NCBI GenBank assembly: GCA_049274895.1
Contig: JBASTM010000003.1
Coordinates: 1-43,372, forward strand
DNA: 43,372 bases
Direction of reading: 5' to 3'
Origin: Minisyncoccia bacterium
Lineage (GTDB): Bacteria; Patescibacteriota; Minisyncoccia; JACQLN01
Under the pieces are notes generated by a model. The model saw nothing but the letters and a program-made list of their open reading frames with translations, searched no databases and was not told the origin of the DNA. A program made the position numbers and the translations under genes. This document shows positions 35,076 to 43,372 of the stretch, one piece after another. How positions within the stretch are numbered: position 1 is the stretch's first letter; each line of letters opens with the position of its first letter.

Positions 35076-35272
35076 AGTACTCTATCATTATCAGAAAAAC
35101 AAAATACGGTTATGATGTGCATGCGCCGGCTTTACCGGGGTGTCATAGTCAGGGAACTACAAAAAAAGAAGCTCTAGAAGGTATAAAGGACGCCATTTTA
35201 ACTTATTTGGATATGGAGGAGAAGGAACTTAGGGATGCCAAAATAGAGGAAGTAGAAGTCGCTTTCGCCTAA
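35072..35272 (+). CDS. hicB: HicB family antitoxin
   Basis: YSIIIRKTKYGYDVHAPALPGCHSQGTTKKEALEGIKDAILTYLD. Confidence 0.65.
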   Translation: MKYSIIIRKTKYGYDVHAPALPGCHSQGTTKKEALEGIKDAILTYLDMEEKELRDAKIEEVEVAFA

Positions 35273-35488
35273 ATGCTTTTTACCGACGTTTCGTCTGGCC
35301 GGGCCGTTAGGGTTTTTGAAAAAGTCGGATTTTGGATTTCCTCAACTCGCGGCAAGAAGCACATTGGTATGACCAACGGAACAAGAAAACTAACCATACC
35401 TAGACATATTCGTTTAAATCCTTATACCCTGAAGGGAATTATCAAAGATGCGGGTTTGACTGACGAACAATTTAAGAAACTTTCGTAA
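35273..35488 (+). CDS. hicA: HicA family toxin
   Basis: RVFEKVGFWISSTRGKKHIGMTNGTRKLTIPRHIRLNPYTLKGIIKDAGLTDEQF. Confidence 0.65.
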   Translation: MLFTDVSSGRAVRVFEKVGFWISSTRGKKHIGMTNGTRKLTIPRHIRLNPYTLKGIIKDAGLTDEQFKKLS

Positions 35489-35613
35489 CAACTTTTTAGT
35501 CAGTACGCGCCGAAGCGCAGGAAACTCTCAAGTTGGTTAAAGAGGCGATGGGGCTCGATTAGTTTTCTAGTTGATCAGTTAACTAGTCAACTAAAGCGGA
35601 GCGTAACTAGAAA

Positions 35614-36522
35614 CTAGCTTTTGCGTCGGCGGGCATGGAAGGCCTGATGGACTTCTTTTAGGCCGGTGTTGGTGACGTGAGTGTAGATTTGGGTGGTGGT
35701 GACGTTGGCGTGGCCCAGCAGTTCCTGCACCGATCTTAAATCGGCGCCGTTGCGTAATAGATCAGTCGCAAAAGAATGTCTGAGCGTATGGGGGTGGATG
35801 TTTTTTACGATGCCGGCTTGGGCGGCGTAATGTTTTACCAAGCGCTGAATACTCCTCGGCGTCAATCTTAAGTCAGATTTTTTGAGATTTGATTTTTGAG
35901 ATTTGAGATTTCTAACGAATAGCGCTTCATCCACATCTTTTCTTTGTGTTAGATAATTTTCCAACGCCCGCCGCGCCGTATCCGAAAGAAAAACCACGCG
36001 GAGCTTGTCGCCCTTGCCGCGGACGGCGAATTCGCCGCGCTTTAAGTTCACGACTTCGCGATTTAAGGAACATAACTCCGAAACGCGCAGTCCGGTGGAA
36101 AACAAAAGCTCCAGGACGGCTTTATCCCGAAGCGTTTTGAGCGAATCGCCGCTCGCCGAATCCAAAAGCCGCTCCACTTCTTCGTTTTCCAAAAAATCTA
36201 TGGCGCGGTCGCCGGTTTTGGCGAGCTCAATTTTGTCGGCGGTTAAGGTTTTAACGTCGCGCTTGGCCAGATATTTTAAGAAATTGCGCAGGGCTATCAA
36301 GTGGTAGGCTTGGGTTATTTTTTTAAGCGGCGGATCTATTCTATTTAGATGCAGCCGGTAGTTTCTCACGAGGTCAGCCGTGATCGCGCCCGGGGCGGGC
36401 GCTTTGGACCAGGCCAAAAACCGCCCCAGATAGCGCGTATAGTTTTCTATGGTTTTGGGCGAGCGGTTTTTTTCTATTTCCAAATAGTCCAAATAATCCC
36501 CAAAAAACTTTTTGATTTCCAT
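35614..36522 (-). CDS. xerC: Tyrosine recombinase XerC/XerD family with an in-frame heptamer-repeat insertion
   Basis: R...HxLRHSFAT...LGH...Y catalytic signature (HPHTLRHSFATDLL, LGHANVTTTQIYTHV). An internal (AAATCTC)n-like tract at 35875..35910 encodes NLKSQKSNLKKS. Confidence 0.8.
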   Translation of the reverse strand: MEIKKFFGDYLDYLEIEKNRSPKTIENYTRYLGRFLAWSKAPAPGAITADLVRNYRLHLNRIDPPLKKITQAYHLIALRNFLKYLAKRDVKTLTADKIELAKTGDRAIDFLENEEVERLLDSASGDSLKTLRDKAVLELLFSTGLRVSELCSLNREVVNLKRGEFAVRGKGDKLRVVFLSDTARRALENYLTQRKDVDEALFVRNLKSQKSNLKKSDLRLTPRSIQRLVKHYAAQAGIVKNIHPHTLRHSFATDLLRNGADLRSVQELLGHANVTTTQIYTHVTNTGLKEVHQAFHARRRKS

Positions 36523-36582
36523 TCTTTATATTATACACTATTATTATACGACGGTTCTTTGATGCTCTTTGAAAAAAAGGAG

Positions 36583-36843
36583 ATGGCTATGGGCTACGTG
36601 ACCGATTTGGATTTTGCCCGAGTCAAGCATAAACCCACCGGTTTGGTCGGCATGGTGGTGCCGGAATACTTTGGCTGGCGCTGGGCTTCGTGGAGAAGCG
36701 TTCAGGTTTTGATTGAAAACGGCAATGGCAAACCGGCGTCGTCCAGGGTACTTTTGATTGAAGATCTGGAAGTGTTGGAGCGGTTGGATCCGGCCAGCGT
36801 GGACCATAGTTTGTTCTCTTTGAACGGGCCAAGCCCGCCCTGA
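36583..36843 (+). CDS. Small hypothetical protein (86 aa) with RBS AAGGAG
   Basis: An ATG 7 nt after AAGGAG, in the divergent region upstream of xerC. The N-terminal part of track ORF 36349..36843 overlaps xerC and was discarded. Confidence 0.35.
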   Translation: MAMGYVTDLDFARVKHKPTGLVGMVVPEYFGWRWASWRSVQVLIENGNGKPASSRVLLIEDLEVLERLDPASVDHSLFSLNGPSPP

Positions 36844-36854
36844 GCGTAGTCGAA

Positions 36855-36990
36855 GGGTCGGCCTAACCCCGCCCCGATTTGGATCGGGGCGGGGGATTGA
36901 TCCCGTTAGAAACCGCGAGTTGAGTAGTGCTACGGACAGCACTACGAAACAGCGACCCTCTGTTTCTAACGGGATTGACCCGTTTTTTTA
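36855..36990 (+). terminator. Compound structured element: perfect hairpin CCCCGCCCCGAT-TTGG-ATCGGGGCGGGG, then a 13-bp-stem hairpin (TCCCGTTAGAAAC...GTTTCTAACGGGA), then a T-run
   Basis: Read from the sequence. Lies between the small ORF and the nusA promoter. Confidence 0.45.
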
Positions 36991-37186
36991 TTCGTGTATA
37001 ATAGGCATATATTGTTGTAACGCTGTTAAGGACCGCCGGAAGCGGTCCTTGTGTGTTAATAAGACCTGTATTATTTCGATAAGTTTCTGTTTTCTGGCTA
37101 AAGAACTCGCCCTCGCTTAAAAAGCTCGGGACTCAAACAGCTTTAGCTGCGAAAACGGAAACTTATCTCCATTAGGAGATATAAAA

Positions 37187-38509
37187 ATGGTAGACCTAAA
37201 ACAATTCATTTCGGCTATAGATCAAATCGCCGAGGAAAAAGGCATTTCCAAAGAGAAGGTGATAGAGACCATAGAAATGGCCTTGGCCGCGGCTTACAAA
37301 AAAGACTACGGCGAGAAAGGCCAGAACATCAGGGTTAAACTTGAAGAAAAAACCGGCGAGGCCCAGTTTTTCCAAGTGCTGACGGCGGTGGACGAGAGCA
37401 TGATTTTTTCGGAAGAAGAAATCGCCCAGATGGAACGGGAGAGGGCCGAAAGAGAGGCCAAACTTAAGGGTGAGTTCGCGGAAGAATCCCCGGAATCTTC
37501 CGAACCCCGACCCGCCGAAGTTACCGAAAGCGAGGAAGAAGAATCAACCGCGCCGGGCGCGGTCGCGGATAAAAAATTCCGTTTCAATCCCAAGCGCCAC
37601 ATTATGCTTGCTGAGGCCCAAAAAATTAAACCCGACCTGGAACTGGGCGGCGAGCTTTTGATACCCTTGGAAACCAAAGAAGACTATGGCCGCATCGCGG
37701 CCCAAACCGCTAAACAGGTTATTATTCAGCGCATCCGCGAGGCCGAACGAGAAGTGGTCTACGAAACCTTCAAAGAAAAAGAAGGCGATATTCTTTCGGC
37801 TTCGGTCCAAAGAATAGAGCGCGGCACGGTTTATTTGGACATCGGCCGCACCACCGGAGTTTTGTTTCCCGAAGAACAGATTCCGCAGGAGCGTTACCGC
37901 ATCGGCCAGCGCTTAAGAGTTTTTGTGGTCAGAGTGGAGAAAGACAGCCGCGGCCCGGCCATCATACTTTCGCGCAAGCATCCTAAAATAATCGCCAAAC
38001 TGTTTGAGTTGGAAGTGCCGGAGATTGCCAACGGGGTGGTGGAGATTAAGGCCATTGCGCGCGAGGCCGGGTCCCGCAGCAAAGTGGCCGTGGTTTCCCA
38101 CGAGCCAGGCATTGATCCGGTAGGTTCCTGCGTGGGCCAGCGCGGTATCAGGGTGACGTCGGTCATCAACGAATTGGGCGGGGAAAACATTGACATTGTG
38201 GCCTGGTCCGAAGATCAAACCAAACTGATCGCCAATGCCTTATCGCCGGCTAAAGTTTTGAATGTTGATTTGGACGAGGCGCATCATCTGGCCATGGTGG
38301 AAGTGAGCGAGGACCAGCTTTCTTTGGCTATCGGCAAAAGAGGCCAGAACGTCCGCTTGGCCGCGGAGCTTAGCGGTTGGAAGATAGATATTAAAAGCAG
38401 CACGCCCGTTACGCCGATGGTCGAGCCTGTTGCTGGAGAGAAAGATGCCAAGGTTTCTGAATCAACGGTGGATTTAGCAGAGCCGGGCGGAGTTGAAAAT
38501 CAAAAATAA
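37187..38509 (+). CDS. nusA: Transcription termination/antitermination factor NusA (with ~60-aa acidic insertion in the N-terminal domain)
   Basis: S1 domain plus two KH domains (GQRLRVFVVRVEKDSRGPAIILSR...; VGSCVGQRGIRV...; AIGKRGQNVRLAAELSGWKIDI). Confidence 0.85.
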   Translation: MVDLKQFISAIDQIAEEKGISKEKVIETIEMALAAAYKKDYGEKGQNIRVKLEEKTGEAQFFQVLTAVDESMIFSEEEIAQMERERAEREAKLKGEFAEESPESSEPRPAEVTESEEEESTAPGAVADKKFRFNPKRHIMLAEAQKIKPDLELGGELLIPLETKEDYGRIAAQTAKQVIIQRIREAEREVVYETFKEKEGDILSASVQRIERGTVYLDIGRTTGVLFPEEQIPQERYRIGQRLRVFVVRVEKDSRGPAIILSRKHPKIIAKLFELEVPEIANGVVEIKAIAREAGSRSKVAVVSHEPGIDPVGSCVGQRGIRVTSVINELGGENIDIVAWSEDQTKLIANALSPAKVLNVDLDEAHHLAMVEVSEDQLSLAIGKRGQNVRLAAELSGWKIDIKSSTPVTPMVEPVAGEKDAKVSESTVDLAEPGGVENQK

Positions 38510-38515
38510 AAAGTT

Positions 38516-40489
38516 ATGTTTTCATCACAGCTATTTATCATCGCTTCCGGTTTGGTCGGAATAATTTACGGAGTATTTTTGATAATTTCCGTGTTAAAAA
38601 AGCCCGAAGGCGCCGAAACCCAACGCCAGATTTCCCAAGCGGTGCGCGAGGGCGCTCAGGCTTATTTAAAAAGACAGTACCAGACCATCTTCGTTATTGC
38701 TGTAATTTTGGCCGCAGGCATTTATTTGGTCTTAAGCCCAGTGACGGCCGCCGGTTTTTTGGTGGGCGGTTTTTTGTCGGCTCTGGCCGGTTACATTGGC
38801 ATGAATGTAGCCGTCAGGGCCAATGTCAGAGTGGCCGAGGCCGCCCAGGACGGGCTTAAGCCGGCTTTCCAGTTGGCCTTTAAGGGCGGAGCCGTGACCG
38901 GTTTTTTTGTGGCCTCGCTCGCTCTTTTGGCTGTGGCCGGATTTTATTTTGTGACCCGCGATCTAACAGCTCTTATCGGCCTTGGTTTTGGCGGCAGTTT
39001 GATCTCCATATTCGCCCGTTTGGGCGGCGGCATTTTTACCAAGGGCGCCGATGTGGGCGCTGACTTGGTGGGTAAAATAGAAGCCGGCATTCCCGAAGAC
39101 GATCCCCGCAATCCGGCCGTCATCGCCGACAACGTGGGCGACAACGTGGGCGACTGCGCCGGCATGGCCGCGGATCTTTTTGAAACTTATGTGGCCACTA
39201 TGGTGGCGACCATGCTGTTGGGCGCTTCTATGGCGCCTTCATTTGTTGTTCTGCCTTTGATTATAGGGGCGCTGGCGGTGTGGGGCAGTATTGTCGGCAC
39301 CTGGTTTGTGCGCCTATCGGGCAATCACATTATGCGAGCGCTCTATAAAGGTTTAGCTGTGTCGGCGGCGCTGACTCTGGCGGCCTTATGGCTGGTGGTG
39401 CCCAAGATAATAGTCATTCCAGAGCATAGCCGGTTGTTTTGGTCGGCTGTTACGGGTATGGCGGTTACGCTATTAATAGTTTTGGCTACCGATTACTACA
39501 CTGCTAAAAAATATCGGCCGGTGCAATCCATCGCCCGCTCTTCCCAGTCTGGCCACGGCACCAACATCATCACAGGGCTCGCCGTTTCTTTGGAAAGTAC
39601 GGCGGTACCGGTTATTGTCATTGTCGCCGGGGTGCTCGCCAGTTTTCGGCTCTTTGACATTTACGGCGTGGCCATCGCGGCTTCCAGCATGCTTTCTTTG
39701 GCGGCCATTATTGTGGCCATTGATTCTTTCGGTCCCATTACCGATAACGCCGGCGGCATTGCCGAGATGGCCGGTTTGGACGAAAAAGTTCGCCAGTCCA
39801 CCGATGCTTTGGATGCGGTGGGCAATACCACCAAAGCGGTAACCAAGGGCTATGCCATCGCTTCGGCGGGCCTGGCCGCTCTGACTTTATTCGTGGCTTA
39901 CATAATTGAGATAGAAAAGTTTGGTTTGCAGTTTAGTTTCCAATTAGCCGACCCCAAAATACTTATCGGTCTTTTGTTAGGGGCGATGCTGCCGTACTTG
40001 TTTGCCTCTTTTTCCATCCGGGCGGTGGGCGAGGCGGCTGCTAAAGTGGTTATGGAAGTGCGCCGGCAGTTTAGAGAAATGCCGGGCATTATGGAGCGTA
40101 CTGTTAAACCGGATTACGCCCGAGCGGTGGATATTGTGACCAAAGCCGCCCAAAAAGAAATGATTATACCCGCTTTGATACCGGTGGTGGCGCCGGTGTT
40201 GGTGGGTTGGTTTTTGGGTTTGGAGGTTTTGGGCGGTTTGATTGTGGGCACGTTGGTCTCGGGCCTGTTTATGGCGATTTCCATGACGGCGGGCGGCGCG
40301 GCTTGGGACAATGCCAAAAAATATATTGAGGACGGCCATTTTGGCGGCAAAAAATCGCCGGCTCACCAAGCCGCGGTTACCGGCGATACGGTGGGCGACC
40401 CTTACAAAGATACGGCCGGCCCGGCTATTAACCCGATGATCAAGATAGTGAACATCGTGTCGTTGTTGATTGTGGGATTACTGGTCTAG
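38516..40489 (+). CDS. hppA: Membrane-bound proton/sodium-translocating pyrophosphatase (H+-PPase)
   Basis: Motifs GGG(I/V)[14 protein letters not shown] and DNVGDNVGD; 657 aa with 14-16 TM helices. Confidence 0.9.
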   Translation: MFSSQLFIIASGLVGIIYGVFLIISVLKKPEGAETQRQISQAVREGAQAYLKRQYQTIFVIAVILAAGIYLVLSPVTAAGFLVGGFLSALAGYIGMNVAVRANVRVAEAAQDGLKPAFQLAFKGGAVTGFFVASLALLAVAGFYFVTRDLTALIGLGFGGSLISIFARLGGGIFTKGADVGADLVGKIEAGIPEDDPRNPAVIADNVGDNVGDCAGMAADLFETYVATMVATMLLGASMAPSFVVLPLIIGALAVWGSIVGTWFVRLSGNHIMRALYKGLAVSAALTLAALWLVVPKIIVIPEHSRLFWSAVTGMAVTLLIVLATDYYTAKKYRPVQSIARSSQSGHGTNIITGLAVSLESTAVPVIVIVAGVLASFRLFDIYGVAIAASSMLSLAAIIVAIDSFGPITDNAGGIAEMAGLDEKVRQSTDALDAVGNTTKAVTKGYAIASAGLAALTLFVAYIIEIEKFGLQFSFQLADPKILIGLLLGAMLPYLFASFSIRAVGEAAAKVVMEVRRQFREMPGIMERTVKPDYARAVDIVTKAAQKEMIIPALIPVVAPVLVGWFLGLEVLGGLIVGTLVSGLFMAISMTAGGAAWDNAKKYIEDGHFGGKKSPAHQAAVTGDTVGDPYKDTAGPAINPMIKIVNIVSLLIVGLLV

Positions 40490-40614
40490 CGCGACACCAA
40501 TACCCCAGTAGTAGAGCAAAGCTCACTACGGGGCACAGCGCGAATGCGCGCGAATGACACTAATAAAATTCATTCGCGTCATTCGCATGAATTCGTAGAT
40601 TAGCATCGCACTTT
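40487..40614 (+). repeat. GAATG-family intergenic element, copy 3 (long form with two internal hairpins), filling the hppA stop-to-tig start gap
   Basis: TAGCGCGACACCAATA ... GCGAATGCGCGCGAATGACAC ... CATTCGCGTCATTCGCATGAATTCGTAGATTAGCATCGCAC. Confidence 0.55.
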
Positions 40615-41883
40615 ATGAAAGTAGAATCAAAAACTCTTCCTAAATCCCAAATAGAGCTATCGGTAGAACTCTCGGCCGATGAGCTCGCGCCCTATCAAGT
40701 TGCGGCCGCCCGGGAACTTTCGCAGCTAAATCCCCTAGACGGTTTTAGACCCGGTCTGGCTCCTCAAGATATGGTGGTTAAAAAATTAGGGACAGAAAAA
40801 TTTGAACGCGCAGTTTTTGATTTGGCGGTTAAAGACAAGCTGACCGGGATTATCTTAGAAAAGAAACTGGATTTGATTGGAGAACCCCGAGTTTCAAAGG
40901 TTTTACCGAACCTGGGCGGCGGTCTGGGGTTTACAGCCACACTCTCGGTGGTGCCGCAGCTTGACCCCGGAGATTACAAGAAAATAAAAGTTCCGGCCGA
41001 AGAAGTTAAACTGGAAAATAAAGAAATTGATGATGTTATGGAGGATATCAGAAAATCGCGGGCCCAAAACACCAATGTCTCCCGGCCGGCCCAACAGGGC
41101 GATCGAGTGGAGATTGATTTTTTGGTTAAGAAAGACGGCCAGGCGCTGGACGGCGGCGAATCAAAACAGCATCCTTTTATTTTAGGTGAAGGCCATTTTT
41201 TGGCGGGCTTTGAGGATCAACTGGTAGGCATGAAAGAGGGCGAGGCCAAAAATTTTTCGCTGGCCGCTCCGGCCGATTATCACCAAAAAGATTTAGCCGG
41301 CCAAAAATTGAATTTTGAAGTAAAGATGAATCTGGTGCAGGAACGGAAATTACCCGAACTTAACGATGATTTGGCCAAATCGCTCGGCCAGTTTAGCAGT
41401 TTGGCCGAACTAAGAAACAATGTGGCCTCGGGGCTTAAAGCCGAGCAGGCCCTTAAAGCCAAAGAAAAAAGGCGGGCTAAAATTGTGGAGGAATTGATTA
41501 AGGCTGTTAAGGCCGATTTGCCGAGTGAGCTCACTCAAATGGAATTAGGCAAAATGACGATGGAGCTTTCGGAATCTTTGGCCAGAATGAATCTGACTTT
41601 GGAAAACTATTTAAGCCATCTCGGCAAAACTCCCGAAGAACTTAAAGTTAGTTGGGTGCCGCAGGCCGAAAAAAGAGTTAAAGCCGCCTTGGTATTAAAG
41701 GCAATCGCCAAAAAAGAAAACATCCAAATCAGCGACGCCGAAATAGAAGAGCGGCTGAACCAGATTATGCGTTCGGCCCCGCCCCTGGCCCCCGGCCAGA
41801 ACCTAGACTTGACGGCACTACGGGGGTATGTTAGAAATGTAATACGCAACGAAAAGGTGTTTGAATTGTTAGAAAACAACTAA
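40615..41883 (+). CDS. tig: Trigger factor
   Basis: 422 aa with a PPIase core ([49 protein letters not shown]). Lies upstream of clpP. Confidence 0.85.
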   Translation: MKVESKTLPKSQIELSVELSADELAPYQVAAARELSQLNPLDGFRPGLAPQDMVVKKLGTEKFERAVFDLAVKDKLTGIILEKKLDLIGEPRVSKVLPNLGGGLGFTATLSVVPQLDPGDYKKIKVPAEEVKLENKEIDDVMEDIRKSRAQNTNVSRPAQQGDRVEIDFLVKKDGQALDGGESKQHPFILGEGHFLAGFEDQLVGMKEGEAKNFSLAAPADYHQKDLAGQKLNFEVKMNLVQERKLPELNDDLAKSLGQFSSLAELRNNVASGLKAEQALKAKEKRRAKIVEELIKAVKADLPSELTQMELGKMTMELSESLARMNLTLENYLSHLGKTPEELKVSWVPQAEKRVKAALVLKAIAKKENIQISDAEIEERLNQIMRSAPPLAPGQNLDLTALRGYVRNVIRNEKVFELLENN

Positions 41884-41888
41884 TTAAA

Positions 41889-42473
41889 ATGAATTTAATT
41901 CCCACTGTTATAGAAAAAACTTCCTACGGCGAGCGGGCTTACGACATTTACTCGCGCTTGTTAAAAGAAAGAATCGTCTTTTTGGGCGGCCCGATTTCGG
42001 ATATGGTGGCCAATACCGTCATTGCCCAGCTTTTGTTTTTGGAAAGCCAGGACCCTAAAAAAGAAATCAAGCTCTACATCAACAGCCCGGGCGGTTCGGT
42101 CACGGCCGGGCTCGCCGTCTACGACACCATGCAGTTCGTGAAAAGCGACGTTTCCACTATCTGCGTGGGTATGGCGGCCTCTATGGGTGCTACTTTGCTG
42201 GCCGCCGGCAAAAAAGGCCGACGCTTTGTTTTGCCCAACAGCGAAATTATGCTCCACCAGGTTATGGGCGGCGCCGAGGGCCAAGCCGTGGAAATTGAAA
42301 TCTCGGCCCGGCACATCATTAAAGTCAAAGACCGCCTAAATAAGATTCTGGCCAAACACACCGGCAAGAGTTTGAAAGATATTGAAAGAGACACCGACCG
42401 CGATTTTTTCATGTCGGCTGAGGAAGCTAAACAATACGGTCTCGTTGATGAGATCATTCAAGGAAAGAGGTAA
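41889..42473 (+). CDS. clpP: ATP-dependent Clp protease proteolytic subunit
   Basis: Catalytic Ser (GMAASMGA) and His (MLHQVMGG) motifs; 194 aa. Confidence 0.9.
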   Translation: MNLIPTVIEKTSYGERAYDIYSRLLKERIVFLGGPISDMVANTVIAQLLFLESQDPKKEIKLYINSPGGSVTAGLAVYDTMQFVKSDVSTICVGMAASMGATLLAAGKKGRRFVLPNSEIMLHQVMGGAEGQAVEIEISARHIIKVKDRLNKILAKHTGKSLKDIERDTDRDFFMSAEEAKQYGLVDEIIQGKR

Positions 42474-42517
42474 AAAGTGTTTTTGAAAAAATCAATAAAG
42501 GTGATCTCGTTAACTTG

Positions 42518-42552
42518 AAATCCCGAAGGGCGGTCCTTCGGGATTTTATATC
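42518..42552 (+). terminator. Intrinsic terminator (AAATCCCGAAGG-GCGGTC-CTTCGGGATTT + T-run)
   Basis: 45 nt after the clpP stop. Confidence 0.65.
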
Positions 42553-42606
42553 TCTCAAAAGATAATCGCCGTTGACGCCAAGTTTATCTTAAGATAAACT
42601 TGTTTT

Positions 42607-42828
42607 ATGAGAAATTCAATTGTGGGCTTAAAGAATCTTCGTAATAACATGGACGCCTATATTACCCAAGTGGATAAGGGTAAGTCTTTTATAGTAGTTA
42701 GAAAATCCAAGCCGGTTTTTAAGATTTCTCCGCCCGACGAAGCCGATGGCCTGTGGGAAAGCGTAGTTGATTTTACTAAAATTAAAAAAGGCGGAATCAA
42801 ACTGGACGATCTCTTGTCTCGTCTGTAG
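42607..42828 (+). CDS. Phd/YefM family antitoxin
   Basis: ...FIVVRKSKPVFKISPPDE..., the Phd/YefM pattern. Confidence 0.6.
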   Translation: MRNSIVGLKNLRNNMDAYITQVDKGKSFIVVRKSKPVFKISPPDEADGLWESVVDFTKIKKGGIKLDDLLSRL

Positions 42829-42831
42829 TGT

Positions 42832-43068
42832 ATGGATAAAATTTCCAAAGCTCTTCAAAAGTTGTCGGCCGGGGAAAGGGAAAAAGTAAGATTAGTTTTG
42901 ACTGTCTTAAAGTCGGGAGAAACAGCTAGCTTGGACATTAAAAAACTTAAGGGACGTTCCGATATCTTCCGTGTTCGAAAGGGCAAAGTAAGAATTATCT
43001 ACAAAATTGCCGAAAATAGAGTAGTCTTTATTCTAGCTATAGAAAGGCGCAACGATAATACTTACTAG
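42832..43068 (+). CDS. relE: RelE/ParE family toxin
   Basis: KKLKGRSDIFRVRKGKVRIIYKIAENRVVFILAIERRNDNTY. Confidence 0.65.
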   Translation: MDKISKALQKLSAGEREKVRLVLTVLKSGETASLDIKKLKGRSDIFRVRKGKVRIIYKIAENRVVFILAIERRNDNTY

Positions 43069-43069
43069 T

Positions 43070-43210
43070 TTATTGTTTATACAAAATCGGCAGCAAACTT
43101 TTACCGTCCATGTCGCCGGGCGGGGGAATGCCCATTAAATCCAAAACGGTGGCGGCCACATCTTGTAGGATGCCCCTCGGTACGTTCTTATTGGCTTAAA
43201 CACTGCCTAA
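43070..43210 (-). pseudogene. 3'-terminal remnant (~45 codons) of 2,3-bisphosphoglycerate-independent phosphoglycerate mutase (gpmI-like); in-frame stop upstream and no start
   Basis: Minus-strand translation ...KNVPRGILQDVAATVLDLMGIPPPGDMDGKSLLPILYKQ* resembles the iPGM C-terminus (...DVAPTILDLMG...MTGKSL...). Upstream sequence is non-coding and carries a plus-strand TTGACA-N17-TACACT promoter. Confidence 0.4.
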
Positions 43211-43372
43211 AATCCACTCGCTATTGACACTATATCTATTATCTACTACACTTAACACAGCACCTAAAACCGGTCAGCTTTGGGTTCTGCAGAGTGCAGA
43301 CGCCTAAAGTCAGCCAAAATCATAAAGAAAGGACGGTCAGCCGTGAAAACGGTCAGCCGCGAGCAGTCGCAT

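Noticed and set aside
36349-36582. N-terminal half of plus-strand ORF 36349..36843, and minus-strand ORF 36544..36942
   Set aside because: They overlap the xerC N-terminus or the terminator structures. Only the 3' part with an RBS-proximal ATG (36583) was kept.
1-43372. CRISPR arrays, rRNA genes, transposase or IS elements
   Set aside because: No spacer-repeat periodicity, no rRNA-like conserved stretches and no transposase-like ORF. The only recombinase is a chromosomal-type XerC/D.

Overview
This 43.4-kb window looks like a compact bacterial chromosome segment with CPR/Patescibacteria-like gene content and clear TTGACA-N17-TACAAT promoters; the taxonomic call is tentative. Housekeeping genes include ksgA (3'-partial), a pcrA/uvrD helicase split by a 368-aa intein, comM/yifB, the rpsO-[NYN]-pnp operon, ftsH, rpsA, gyrA, trpS, xerC/D, nusA, hppA and tig-clpP. 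There are three tRNAs (Ile-UAU, Leu-UAG, Arg-UCG) and four type II toxin-antitoxin pairs. The accessory content is concentrated in a cluster of three VirB2/TrbC-like pilin paralogs, one of them fused to an M15 zinc peptidase, lying next to SPFH/membrane-protein operons. Several repeat families are present: a GAATG-rich element that fills stop-to-start gaps, 9-bp NATAGGNCC arrays, a GC-rich element inserted in-frame in ksgA, a 16-bp CACGTG palindrome inserted in-frame in yraN, and a duplicated 38-bp promoter cassette. An ORF-free, hairpin-dense region of about 550 bp (8465-9040) is a candidate ncRNA. Non-ORF coordinates were read by eye and may be off by 1-2 nt.
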